A DNA stretch of 64,000 bases from Dendrobates tinctorius (GCF_039654945.1 NW_027361671.1:19778001-19842000), one strand, 5' to 3'. Counted from the stretch's first letter, positions 50,693-63,809 are shown. The notes: generated by a model from the letters alone, not told the origin. Program-made: numbers and translations.

Positions 50693-52812
50693 TGTGGTAT
50701 GTATGTAGTATGTATGTAGTATGTATGTAGCATGTAGTATGTATGTAGCATGCATGTAGTATGTATGTAGTATTTTTTTTTTTTTTTTTAACATTTAACA
50801 CATTAGCCGGATGATGGGACTACTACTGTCCCATCATTGGCTAATGTATCAATCACTGTCATGGTAGCAGGCATCGCCAGATGGGACTTGTAGTACCATC
50901 GGACGATGCTTGCACAGACCCCCGGACATCAGCACAGCCCCCCGGCAGGCCGGCACAGCCCCCCGGCAGGCCGGTACAGACCCCCACAGGGTGCACAGAC
51001 CACCGGCAGGCCGGCACAGCCCCCCGGCAGGCCGGTACAGACCCCGGGCAGTCCACACAGCCCCCCGGCAGGCCGGCACAGCCCCCAGGCAGGCCGGCAG
51101 AGACCCCCGGAAGGCCCGAAATGACGGCGCATCATGATGCGCACACACCGCGCATCATGATGACGTCAGGCTGTCAATCAACTTTGAACTTCCGATTCCG
51201 ATACCGACTTCCGATATTGAAAAAATATCGGAAGTCGGTATCGGAATTCCGATACAGCAAGTATCGGCCGATACCCGATACTTGCGGTATCGGAATGCTC
51301 AACACTACTTACTACTACTACATCACTGTGCACATTATCACACTACTATGACATTAATTTGAGCAAAAGGGTTCATATTATGTTGCTGCACAAGGCCTCT
51401 CCATGGGCTGGTGTTTGTGTCCTTCCCAAAGTGGTCATGCCGTGAATATCAAAGATCGCATGCAGATTTTGCGGGTGCGCATTGAAGTGGTATGCGCAGT
51501 ATGCTTTTGCCCATCTGAGAGCAAAGCCGAAAAACAGTAGTGCCTCGGTTTTATGTGCCAAGCCTCTCCCTGAACGATCGCATGGCGCACGCGCCCAAAC
51601 CCCAGTCACATAGGCATTTCTGCGCGTGCGCCGCTACCCCAGCTTCTCAAATCTCGTTTTGGCTGCTTTACTACATGGTCGCTCTACCTCCCCCCTCATA
51701 TCCGGCGCATAGCTTCATATGGTATTTAAAACACACTGTCACCAATGATTAGTCATGGCACCACAGAAGGCGTAAGACACGCATGTGCACTACTGCTTTT
51801 CGGCTTTGCCCACAGTTGGGCAAAGCATACTGCGCACAAGCGAGATACCGCACGCGCAAAATCTGCACGCGATCTCTGATATTCACGACAAAGAATGCCA
51901 GGAGGGGTGGAGTGAGGGAACAGAGGCAACACCCATCAGACCGGACCGAACACAATACCATACAGCGCCGGACAAATAAAAAAGGTTTTTATGAGTGATA
52001 CATGGGGAGTCAGGGGGTTTCAGAAGTAGTTGTGGAATGCATAGCTGACACCGAATTAACTGATGTTTTTAGCTGGTAGGCAAAAAAGTGGTGACAGGTT
52101 CCCTTTAAAGCTAACTCCTAATAAATGATGCCTGTGGATTGGGCATCATTTATCAGCTGACAGATTCCCTTTATGGTTCAATATGGGGCACCATGGTGAC
52201 TTATACTCATGTACAACTCCAATGCTCAAGAAGTTGGGATACTGTGTAAAATGTAAAGAAAAAAAAAGAATGTAATGATTTGGAAATCAAAATTGTAGCC
52301 ATATGTTTTACTCCTCAAAGCAGAGAATGTTAAAAGCTAGACATTTTTCTGTTTTATTTGAAACATTTTTACTAATTTAGAAATTGGTGACAGCAACACT
52401 TCTCAAAGTTTGGACTGGGCCATGTCTAACTTAGTGTACCATGGTCTGTAAACATCTGAGAAGTGAGTACACCAATTGCTGGAGTTTTGGGAGAGGAACG
52501 ATGTCCCATTCTTATCTGATGTAGGATTCCAGTTGTTCCACAGCCCTGGGGTTTTAGGTCAATGTGTAAATTTAGTTCTTGAAATCTGATCATTGTCTGT
52601 ATTCCTAAAATCTGTGCTAAATTGGTAGTTGAGAGCTTTGACACCATAGAAGCATCACTATCGATCATTGGAGAAATGGCAATGGCAATAGCAAACATCA
52701 TCAGTAACTGAGTCTGAGAGGGTTTCATGTCTGGTGGGTGGTAATTTATTATTTAAAAGTGATAGTTTTCTGATTCTAAGTGAATGATATTTAATGATAT
52801 TTTTTTGCCCAG

Positions 52813-52998
52813 GAGGGAGATTCTGTTGAACTCAGAATTGCTAGATCCAGGGGACTCCTCGTTCAACAGTTTCTGCGTTACACCATTGAACCAAAGGACA
52901 GCAATGAATTCTACGGAAATACTGGGATCCTGGAGTTTAAGACCGGTGAAAAGGAGATTGTAATTACATTGTTAACAAGGATGGATGGGATACCAGAG
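52813..52998 (+). CDS. ADGRV1: ADGRV1 coding exon (EGDSVELRIARSRGLLVQQFLRY...EIVITLLTRMDGIPE), phase 0/0
   Basis: cccag acceptor, gtatta donor, 186 nt open frame; Calx-beta sequence. Confidence 0.92.
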
Positions 52999-53496
52999 GT
53001 ATTAGACTCTTTCCACTCCCTGGCTGCACTTCTTTCCTGATCTCTTTGTGCAGAGGTTAATGTTGTGGACAACTAACACTCACAGCGCTCAAGGAAAGGT
53101 TGTATACACTGCCACATGCTACAAAGGGAGCAATACATGATTAAGTAGTTATTAAGAACCTGTGAACCACTATTCAGATCACAGAGGATTGATAATGGTG
53201 TGAAAATCTCCTGACACCTAGTTAGCATAAAGAACCAATCATTTGCCAATTACACCAGCTTGCTATGCACAGAGCTGGGACTGGGGCTCTTGGATCTTTT
53301 GTTCCTGGCTTCTGGTGGAACATGTGAGATGCATGTGAATTTCAGCCACAGTGAAGTTGTCGTTAAGGACAAACTCATATGGTAAGCAACTATGGGAAAC
53401 TGAACCACACTACCTGTGTCTCTATTAGCTTCTAGAACATGTAGTGAAGCTAAAAGACCATATACAGTGTGTATATACAGTATATATATATATATA

Positions 53497-53570
53497 TACT
53501 GCTCAAAAAATAAAGGGAACACGTAGTACATTGTGTTGGTTAAGTGTTCCCTTTAGTTTTTTGAGCAGTA
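53497..53570. mobile_element. 74-bp internally deleted Tc1-like element (TIRs only)
   Basis: tactgctcaaaaaataaagggaacac / gtgttccctttagttttttgagcagta with TA flanks. Confidence 0.75.
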
Positions 53571-53649
53571 TAAATCAATCAATCAATCAATATACAGTAT
53601 ATGCAGTATATATGTGAATATACTATTCAAATTATAGAGCATAATTAAA

Positions 53650-54434
53650 AGGGAACCTGTCACCAGGTTTGGCCGATACGAGTTACGGCCACCACCTTTG
53701 AGGGCTTAGGCTGGGTTCATATTGTGTTAGGGGGGCTGCGTTTAACGCATCCGTTACACATCGGCACTAACGCTGTGTAACGGATGCGTTAACGCCCCCA
53801 TAGACGGCAATAATGTAGCGCATCGCTAACGCATGTCATAATCGGCATGCGTTAGCGATGTGCCGTCATTCTGTGACAGACCCTCGGTCGCGGTGTGCAG
53901 CGTTCCAGGGTCCGTCACTGCTAGCGCAGATGGAGCATTTGTGCTAGCGTGATTGCATAACGTGATCAGAAAATAGAGTAGCGTTAACGCAGTCCGTTTA
54001 ACGCATGACTTGAAAGGACTGCATTAATGCTATGTGAACCTGGCCTTATCTATAATGCTGTAGATAAACCTCCGATCCAACCTGCAAGAGAAGAAAAATA
54101 AGTTTTATTATACTCACCCAGGGGCGGTCCGGTCCGATGGGTGTCGCAGGACCTGATCTGGCGCCCCCCATCTTCTTGCAATGCTCCTGCGCTGGCGTAC
54201 TTATCTACCCATGAAACAAGCAGGAGGGCGGCATCGCAAGAAGATGGGAGGCGCTGAACCAGGACCTGTGACACCCATCTGACCGGACCGCCTTCCCCCG
54301 GGTGAGTATAATAAAACTGACTTTTCTTCTCTTGCAGGTCAGATCGGGGGCTCATCTATAGCATTATAGCATGCTGTAGATAAGCCCTGAAAGGCTGTGG
54401 CCGTATCTTATATCGACCAAACCTGGTGACAGTT
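53650..54434. mobile_element. Kolobok/T2-type palindromic MITE with a nested Harbinger MITE (53709-54045, TTA TSD)
   Basis: ttaa-agggaacctgtcacc start, inverted arms, same family as 58341-58940. Confidence 0.75.
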
Positions 54435-54799
54435 GAGATGACGTTGTATATTATGATTCAGTAAGTTATGCAGAAACTATACAGACTAAACATTGACTTA
54501 TCATGGTGTGTGTTCTGTAGATTGTAGAATAGGTTGTTTGCTTGGTGACCCTTCCCCCCATCAATAGACATCAGCTGTATCGGCAGAGAGTATGTCAGAA
54601 GTAGCATTATACTGTTTTCCTGTGTTGTATTGAATTTAGTTTTTCTTTCCCATTTATTTCGGTTGACACACTGGGTCATCAAGAATTAGAGATGTTGTTT
54701 GAACCCACTTGCTAAACGAAATGAGGAGTTCTTGACCTAGGAAGGTTTGACTCAGCTCCCCTTTCAACCTCCATCTTATGTAACACCTACACCTACAAT

Positions 54800-55620
54800 A
54801 ACCACAGACACATTCCAAGCCTTTTTGGATAAATAGGCCACAGCAGCCTTATTTATTAGCATATTTACATACAAAAATGAACATATCAATATGACAAATA
54901 AGGAACGGGTTCTATGGAAGCCATGCCCCAGCTTTGTTGCGCCATTAGCCACACCTTAGGCCCTTAACTGCACCACATCGGTTCGAGGATCCTCCTGTTT
55001 ATGCCCTCAACCGCACCACAATGGTTCGAGGACCCTACTGAATGGCGCCACCAATTAAATTGATCCACTGAGACCTCAGCCCAATAGGGACCCCTTTTAT
55101 TTAAACTATACTTTAACCACCAAATAAAGCAAAATAGGGGAGGGGTAGGTAATTGCCCCACCAAAATGAGCCCCCTCCTCCCCCCTCTGCTACCATCACG
55201 TGGCTCTCCACAGACCCGTTCCCACCAACTGTCATGACATACAAGCAACCGAGCAACCCCCTCCAGACCTCATAAGTCACCCTAAATAAAACCATAACTA
55301 TCTCCTATCAGCTTCCTAGGGCAGGTGGGTGGGACTCCGATGTATTAAGACTGTCCCTGCCCCTTCCAATCCCCCTTATATATCTATTCCCCTTAACCAA
55401 TCAAATGGCCCCATTCACACCCCCTTTTACTAACTCTCACCATAATTTGAACCGGAACCACTCCAACCTTCCCTTATTCCACCACTTTAGATCCTTGACC
55501 CCCCGAAAACTCCATTTTAGTTTACTTCTCCTTAACCCCTATTATGGCCTGGCGTACATGGTCATGAGGCCCTCCCCCCTACAGCCTGTGGCTTGCAGTA
55601 CGGGCCCCACTTGAATGTTA
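54800..55620 (-). mobile_element. Possible DIRS/Ngaro-type retrotransposon terminal remnant
   Basis: Strand-biased C/A-rich sequence with aataaataaggctgctgtggcc on the minus strand. This is pattern resemblance only; no coding motif was found. Confidence 0.3.
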
Positions 55621-56386
55621 GAAGCCCTCTCTTACTTTATAATGCCCTAATAGGATATATAGGATATTTTCTGATATATTGTGTTTTTATAAAAATGCAC
55701 TTTTTTAACATTGTAGAATCTGTGCTAAAATAGTTCCGTTTAATAGTCCAAATTCTCTTAAACCACATTTGCTGTTCCCCAGACACTGCTGGATGCACAC
55801 TTTAAATGCTCCCTCAAAGCACTCGGATGATCTGCGAGAACTGTTCAGCTGTTTAACCACAATAATAATCCATTCACCACTCTAGACCACTAGTGATACT
55901 GATCTTATAAGGGATGTCTACTCCTCTTTCTTCAGTTGCACAATGCTCCCTTGCCTCCTGTGTTAATGCTTGCCGGGATGTAATCCTCTCCTAAGATTGA
56001 CAGGTTGGACTATTGACATGGTTGTACTGCTGAACTGTGCTGCGCACTCCCATGCCTTGCAGTGTCGGAGGAGCACAGGGGCAATGAGGCTAGTTGAATG
56101 CAGCGATCTGGTCAGCTTTGGAGCACTGCTTGCTGGCTAGAAACCATAGAGCATGCATGTGCTGTGCTCCTTGCATAGACTGACCCCTTTGATAGAAAGC
56201 AGAAAGGACCCATAATGTAAGTACAGAGCTCTTCAAAGTAAAAGTAAAAATATTTTGCTTCTTAAGAACAGAGTGGATTTTTTAACAAGAAGTAAATTAC
56301 AAAGTTGCTGGTGTTTACAAGAACTTTTGCAGTTTTTCTCATTTAAGAAGTTCACAGCCTTAGACTATCAAGAACTAAGACATTAA

Positions 56387-57041
56387 AGGGGTTTTCCAAT
56401 CTTTTATAGAGTTGTAATTCTCCTAGGAAATGCTAGCACCTTATAATTAATGGAGACTTTAATATATACATTTATCAAACAATGAAGGGACTGGTATAGC
56501 TCTGCATCCCCTTTACTAATTTTCCCCTGCACAGTAGCACCTTGGTCAACAACTGTGCAGGGAAGTTCTGTGCCGTGAATGGGTGTCAGCTTGTTGGCAG
56601 CATATTATTCAGGATACTCTCCAATCCTGTGACAACAGAGCTTCTTTATTCAGGAACAATATGCTTAATAGATCAGGAATAAATCATTTGTGTGTCTCTA
56701 TCTGTGCAGCATCTACAGCAGGCTGCTTCTCTCATACACAGACACAGGAAAAACAGAAAATACAGATAGATCTGTGTGAGCCTCTGGGAGGTTTTTTTTG
56801 TTCTAACTTTATGAACAGCATACAAATCTAGCAACTAATCACTCAGACAGGAATGGCGTTGTTGCACCAAACATATTCCAATACACCTATAGTTAACTGC
56901 ACAGCACATGGTAGGGGAACTGTTTGGGGAAACAGAGCGACACCAACTCTGAGGCTCCTTCATTGTCAAGGTCTATAAAGACTCTCACTGATAATAAAGT
57001 GATATCATAACGTGGCGATTGATAGAGATTGGAAAACCCCT
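56387..57041. mobile_element. Kolobok/T2-type MITE
   Basis: ttaa-aggggttttccaat ... attggaaaacccct termini. Confidence 0.6.
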
Positions 57042-57235
57042 CTAGTTCCCCAAACCTCCAAGGATCTTACCATAATCTGCCATCAACATTGGAATAAATG
57101 TGCCCAGTTTATTTCTTTTGTGCATTATGATTGTGGTTGTTTGGAATAATTCGTAAAGTGAAGTTTCTCGTTACCTTTAGATACTTGTCTTGTACATGCC
57201 TATAGGGACATCACTTTGTTCTGTTTGGTTCACAG

Positions 57236-57416
57236 TTGGATGAGATGTACTTGGTGGTGCTGAGCAGTCATGGAGAGTTTCCCAGCACAATGGGGGAAGC
57301 CATAAGAGTCAACATAACGATTTTAAAAAATGATGACCCACATGGAGTTATTGAATTCATCTCTCCGGGAATAGTAAGAACCATAAATGAAAGCAAAGGA
57401 AATAACATTCATAATG
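57236..57416 (+). CDS. ADGRV1: ADGRV1 coding exon (LDEMYLVVLSSHGE...NITILKNDDPHGVIEF...NESKGNNIHN), phase 0/1
   Basis: cacag acceptor, gtgaga donor, 181 nt; KNDDPHG motif. Confidence 0.92.
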
Positions 57417-58340
57417 GTGAGAATAAGACAGTGAGAGTTGGTATATTTTATTCTGCTGAAGTTGTTACAAAGGAGAACCAATAATGCCCAACTAGTCATA
57501 GAACTTCACCAGGTCATGACATTGATCCTCAGGGCACTCGCTAACCTAACGGTTGCTGAAAGGAGACAACGATGCACTGGTCATGGTGTATTGCTGTTTT
57601 ATACAAGTTAGGTTAGTAATTCAGATGAGACAAGCTGTAATGATATTAACATCCCGATCTGCCAACACTCACTTAGCAGACTACCGGTTTTAGCCTGCCA
57701 AATTGTTATATATTAATACAATAGAAGGAAGCAAAGTGGCACTGCTTTATCCCATAGTACTACTAGTCCAACATCACACATATGCTTCTGGACCTGCCAC
57801 TGCCTTAGCGGTAGTGCTCAGTGGCGCTGTATAAGTCTTTAAATCCACCTACATAAACATAGATCAGAAAGTCACAGCACTCACCAAATGTGTAGAAAAC
57901 ATTTTCTATTTCATCAGCATCATAAGAACATGGTAACAAAAGCCTGTGGCCATTTTGAGCTATAAAGCACCTAGTCAGGTAATGGATGCGGCACTTTATT
58001 TTGAGACACAACCTTAAACTCTTTTTACCATATTATTATACCGCTGATGAAATAAAATACTTTTTCAACACGTCTTAGTGACTGCCGTAGATTGCTGATC
58101 TCCGCTTATGTGTGCCAAAGTATTATGTATGCCGTCACAAATATAAAGGGGTTGAGATAAAAGAAAATGGCATGTCTGGCGATGAGGTATTCCTTCTTGC
58201 TTGCCTAAATGTCCCCATACACTACACAAAGGACAATGCAGCCCCTTAGAGAAATGTACTGACTGGCATTGTGTGGAGACCTGCAGTGCCTGCCCTTACT
58301 GGGCAGTCAGCAGTGTCTACATCAGATGAAAACTCGTTAA

Positions 58341-58940
58341 AGGGAATCTGTCACCCCATTTTTGGCCTATCAGCTGCGGCCACAGCCATTAGGGGCTTAT
58401 CTTCAGCATTCTGTAATGCTGTAGATAATCCCCTGATGTAACCTGAAAGATAAGAAAAACGAGTTTGATTATACTCACCCCGGCTTTCAGTCCGGTCCGA
58501 TGGGTATGGCGGTCCGGTCCGGCGCTTCCCATCTTCGTACGATGATTTCCTCCTCCTTGCTTCATGCTGCGCTCCTGCGCAGGCGTACTTTATCTGCCCT
58601 GTTGAGGGCAGAGTAAAGCACTGCAGTGCGCAGGCGCCGGACCTCTCTGACCTTTCCCGGTGCCTACACACTGCAGTACTCTGCTCTGCCCTCAACAGGG
58701 CAGATAAAGTACGCCTGCGCAGGAGCCGAGGGAGAAGCAAGGAGGAGGACATCATCGTATGAAGATGGGAGGCACCGGACCGCGACACCAACCGCCCCCC
58801 GGTGAGTATACTCTAACTTGTTTTTCTTATCTTTCAGGTTTCATAAGGGGCTTATCTACAGCATTACAGAATGCTGTAGATAAGCCCCCTGATGACGGTG
58901 CCGGCAGTTGATAGGGCTAAAATGGGGTGACAGATTCCTT
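58341..58940. mobile_element. Kolobok/T2-type palindromic MITE, 600 bp
   Basis: TTAA TSDs, TIR agggaatctgtcaccccattt, nearly fully palindromic. Confidence 0.85.
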
Positions 58941-59457
58941 TTAATCAGATTCGCCTATTAAAGCAGTCAGGGACATAGCTCATACCATATTGATTGTTTT
59001 TCTGGAAGAACGACAATATCAGTTACAATGTAAAATCAGTTTTCTCATATCGTTCGTTTTTTATGCACCTGTTTTATGTGTTTAGCACAGATAGATCACT
59101 TGCCCATTACAGTGTATGGCCATGTTCACATTTCAATGTTGTTTTTCAGAGTGAGTGTTCACAAACAAAATGAATAGATCTGTGAAAAAAGTGAACAGCA
59201 CACCGATAATATCCATGTGTCATCCGAGTACTGTCCATCTCATACTGTTTAATGGATTAGAGAAGCGTGCAAATTTTTATTTTTTTTTGCATATAAGAAA
59301 AACAGATGTCATACTGATTGTGAAAATGGACTAATAATTGGTGAAATCGCATCCAGCTCACTGATCAAAAACAGTCCTTTTTTTTTGCTTAGCAAAATAA
59401 AACCAGTGTCTGAATGAGGTCTTAGTGAAATGTCTGTGGTCTCCTTCTTTTTCTTAA

Positions 59458-60016
59458 AGAAGCACTCCTCCCAAGTTTTATCCTCTCAATATATTGCAGT
59501 CATCATACAATATATAGCACTGTGTACTTACAATTGCTCATTTTGCCCTTATACCCACTTAATTTTTCACTTTCCTATTAGGTCTATGACATCACTTGAT
59601 TAAAAAGAGACTAGCTGAATCCTTCTATGTAGAAACAGAAGGTTTATTTTCCCTGCAGGATTTATCATTAGAACTACAATTCTACATCAATGCAAAGTCC
59701 CTGGCAGGTAAGAGGAGTGAAACAGCTGGGTCAGAACCTGAAAAAGAGATGACGCTGGGCTGCGTGGGATTTTGCAGTGATGTAGAATTGTAGGTCTAAT
59801 GATGACTCATGCAGAAAAATGAGACTTCCTTTTCCTATATAGCGTTTACAAGGATTCAGCTAGGCAGTTTTTAATCACATGATGTCATAGACCTAATGGA
59901 AAACAGAAGAATGAGCTGGGTAGAAAGACAAAATGAACAACTGTTAGTACACAGTGCCATATAATATGATGACTGCAATATATTAAGAGGATAAAAACTT
60001 TGATAGGAATGCTTTT
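59458..60016. mobile_element. TTAA-flanked palindromic MITE ending 57 nt upstream of an ADGRV1 exon
   Basis: TTAA TSDs and long inverted arms. Confidence 0.75.
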
Positions 60017-60073
60017 TTAATTATGAAATGTCATGATATGATTATGGATAAGCATCTATTTCTTTTTTTCTAG

Positions 60074-60237
60074 CTGCATTTGAAGTAATAAGGCGACAAG
60101 GCAGCTTCGGCAACATTAATGTGACCTGGTCAGTGAGCCCAGATTCTACTCCTGATGTTTACCCAGCTCATGGAGTGATTCAGTTTAGAGATGGGGAAAC
60201 TATGAAGAATATAACTATTTCATCCAGCCCAGATGAG
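60074..60237 (+). CDS. ADGRV1: ADGRV1 coding exon (AAFEVIRRQGSFGNINVTWSVSPD...KNITISSSPDE), phase 1/0
   Basis: tttctag acceptor, gtaaag donor, 164 nt; phase fits both neighbouring exons. Confidence 0.92.
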
Positions 60238-61771
60238 GTAAAGAGAATCATCTTTTCTCTGTACTAACAGTCTTGTAGAACCAACTTTCTAAAGTCTTGT
60301 AAACTACGGAAGATCATAGTTCTCACAGAGGATATCATATTATCAACTGACTAATTTTCTGGCATTCTATTTTCTTGCTGCTAACTTATGTATGTTTTGA
60401 ACGCCAGATCATTATTGTCATGGATTCTTTCTGAACCATCACAGAGGCCCCATAGGACCATGAGGTGTATTTGTTTTGCCTGGAATGACAGAAAATCCAT
60501 AACATTTTTGCCACAACATTCCAGATACTGGCGTTCTGACCCATTTTTTGTAAGATTGCTGGAAAAAACTCACCGCAGCTCTAACATATAAACCATGAAT
60601 TAGCCCCATGGCCTGTGAGTGCCTGTCATAAAAGGATCTGTGTACACGGCCTTGATAATAAGCCTCATTTATCAAAGCTGCCTAATAGAATAAGAAGCCT
60701 CGATGGCCGCAGCAATTATTCACAGCTCGGATTTGGTTTTTAACTTTTCTAGTAAAATTTAATCTGCGATGTGATTGGTTGCTGCAGACATCACTGCTTG
60801 TTTTACACACAGTTTTGATAAATGAGACCGCTTGTTAAAATATTGCATACACAACAGTAAAACTGTCTAATTTGTGCTATCCATTTGTTAGACTTTTAGA
60901 TGACTTTAGTATATGTTTTCCTTGACTTTGTGATCTTGCACACTGTGGTTTGTTGCAACATTTTGCTTTTGTCAAGTAAAGCTTCACCTTTGATTGACAT
61001 TTGTTATATAGCAATTTAATGTACAATCTACCAAGGTGATTTCTTTCTTACATTTTTTTCGTTAGGTCTCTCACCTGTTTCCAGTTTCTCAGTTTCTGAT
61101 GTTGAGAGGCCATTGTTAGAAGTCTCTATATTAAATCCTTTTGGTTTGTTTTTCTTTAATGGCATGGTATTTTGTTTGCACCTTAGGTACTAATAATCCA
61201 ATTTTGATGGATGTTTCATAATTGATCAGTGCTATAACTAGAGTATCCTTCACACAGGCAATAAATTCAGTGTACCCACCGCCCATCCCAATGTCACTTG
61301 CACGCAACACACATCTCTATTCTTCCCGGCTCTTTCCCCCCACCATCTCTATATATATTTTTGTAGTAGTGATTAGAAATGAGTGAATAAATTTGCAAGA
61401 CCTTAGTTCTGCAGTGACATCAGTATTCGGTGCCCTGCAAATCTCTTCCTTCCTGCTGCAATCCTCAGCACCTCTTCTAATTATTCGGGTGATGTCATCA
61501 TTGCAGCATGATGCACGGGCGATTTCATGCAGGTCTTCTAGTTAAAACTACCACCTGGGATGCCAGCAGGTAGGCGTACATTTGCAGGGCCACCGTCTGT
61601 TGCTTCTGGACTTAGAGCCCATGGAACAATTCGCTCATCTCTATTATGTAATGCAAAATCACCTTAAAGAAAAGTATTGAGGTGGTGGGTACTTCATTCC
61701 AGGGGTAGCCCCAAAGTTACTGCTTTAGTTGAAATTAACATATATTTAGCGGTACAATGCCAAGCATGTAA

Positions 61772-62144
61772 GGCTAGTTTCACACTAGCGCTTTTGAGCG
61801 CAGCGACGGCCTGCGCACGGCCGCCGCTAAGCCCCGCCCCCCTGCCGCGCCTCCGCCTGTAGCTACGCCTACCGGTGCATGACGCTGCATGCGTCCTGCG
61901 TCCCCTATCTTTATCACCAAAGATAGCCTGCTGCAGTTTGGTTGCGCCGGCGCACCGTCAAAAAGGCGCATGCGCCGCCAAACGCATACTGCGCACGGCC
62001 TGCGCCCCCAGTGACAAAGATAGGGGACGCAGGACGCATGCAGCGTCATGCGCCGGTAGGCGGAGCTACCGGTGGAGGCGCGGCAGGGGGCAGGGCTTAG
62101 TGGCGGCCGTCGCTGCGCTCAAAAGCGCAAGTGTGAAACTAGCC
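61772..62144. mobile_element. Harbinger-like palindromic MITE
   Basis: TAA TSD, TIR ggctagtttcacact. Confidence 0.8.
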
Positions 62145-62396
62145 TAACTCATGCTGTACTGTGCACATTTCTATTTCTATTTTAATCTGTTAATATATAG
62201 TGCTACAATACCACATACATAAATACTGCTACTAACCGTACACATAAATAATAACCTCTATATTATATACATAAATAGAAATTGTATAATATATTCATAC
62301 ATGTGTGATTGTACATATTTACAAACATTACTCAAAAACATATCCACATGCTACACACATTACACACATGTGCACACAAATATCTCATTACACTCA

Positions 62397-63091
62397 GGCT
62401 ATGTGCACACGTTGCAGATTCACCTGCGGGTTTTTCCGCGCGGATCCGCAGGTAAAGTGACCTGCGGTTTTCCTGCGGATTAGCCTGCGGTTTTGCCCTG
62501 CGGTTTCACACCTCTACTATGTTAAGGCTATGTGCACACGTTGCGGATTCTGCTGCGTTTCCGCAGAGGTTTTGGCCCTGCGGAAACGCAACAGTTCCGC
62601 AGACATGGTACAGTACCATGTAACCCTATGGCTTTTCAAAACCGCTGTGCTCATGCTGCAGTTTTTTCTGCGCGGTTTTGCTGCGGTTTACAAACCGCAG
62701 CATGTCAATTGTTAGGCCGGATTCCGCAGCGGTTTCACACCTTTAACATAGTAGAGGTGTGAAACCGCAGGGCTAAACCGCAGGAAAACCGCAGGTCACT
62801 TTACCTGCGGTTTTACCTGCGGATCCGCACAGAAAAACCCGCAGGTGAATCTGCAACGTGTGCACATAACCTAAAGGTGTGAAACCGCTGCGGAAACAGC
62901 CCAAACAATTGACATGCTGTGGCTTGTAAACCGCAGCAAAACCGTGCGGAAAAAAACGCAGCGTGAGCTCAGCGGTTTTGAAATGCCATTGGATAACATG
63001 GTACTGTACCATGTCTGTGGAACTGCTGCATTTCCGCAGGGCCAAAACCGCTGCGGAAACGCAGCAGAATCCGCAACGTGTGCACATAGCC
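62397..63091. mobile_element. Harbinger-like MITE with a same-family copy nested inside (62526-62871)
   Basis: Outer TSD TCA, inner TSD TAA; TIR ggctatgtgcacacgttgc; both copies 346 bp. Confidence 0.85.
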
Positions 63092-63685
63092 TCATACTTT
63101 TTACTTCTGTGTACAGCTGTTGTAATGAGACAGTGGGAAAGGAATTGTGGTGAGTTGAGGATACTGTCTGCTTTGCTTTTCCCAAGATACTGTCTATCCT
63201 AAATATTACGTTACAACAGCTGGTCATAATAAGCTTGGCTGTTGTACCTTAATGTAGAGGGAGCAGGATGGCAGGATCTCTTCTTGTCCTGATGAAGAGG
63301 ATGTGTGGAGGAAGGAGTGGGATCTGCATCCTGCACCACCTTGACATTTTCTATCTCTCTGCCTCAGCCACCCCCAGCTATGCAGACCTGTTAAAATAAT
63401 ACTTCCAAATAGCAGCAGAAGACAATTTCTACACTGGAAATCTGAACTGTAAAATGAAGTAAAACGAGAAAATAACATTTTGTTGTTTACAATTGCAGAT
63501 TTAAAAAAAACAAAAAAACAATGATAATTAAAAATTACACTTCACTTTTGCTTTAAAATAAGTCTACCATCCCATTGACTAACACAAACTAGTTTTGTGC
63601 AGCCTAAAACATTTATTTCACTGGATATAATCTACCCCTTAATCTACTTTATTGAAAACTGCTAAATATCTCTGAAAACTCCTAG

Positions 63686-63809
63686 ATTCCAGAAGAGAAG
63701 GAAGTATTCACTATCACCATTGTCGATGCCACGGGTGGTGCCAGGATGGGGAATGTTACCACAGCCACACTGGAGATTAATAAAAACGATGATGCCATTT
63801 TCTTTGCAG
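63686..63809 (+). CDS. ADGRV1: ADGRV1 coding exon (IPEEKEVFTITIVDATGGARMGNVTTATLEINKNDDAIFFA), phase 0/1
   Basis: cctag acceptor, gtaata donor, 124 nt; Calx-beta IPEE..F and GGA..G motifs. Confidence 0.9.

Larger units (their letters stand above)
47201..51307. mobile_element. hAT-superfamily non-autonomous foldback element
   Basis: TIR tagagttgagc/gctcaacacta; 8-bp TSD cttactac; subterminal ccgatac repeats; whole body palindromic about position 48626. Confidence 0.85.

Noticed and set aside
50849-51351. GC-rich ORFs with GRPAQPP or GLCRPAG repeats
   Set aside because: They are translations of the 22-bp minisatellite in the hAT arms.
61374-61643. Possible hAT MITE (tagaaatgag..ctcatctcta)
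   Set aside because: The TIR-like ends are present but the 8-bp flanks do not match, so it is too decayed to call confidently.
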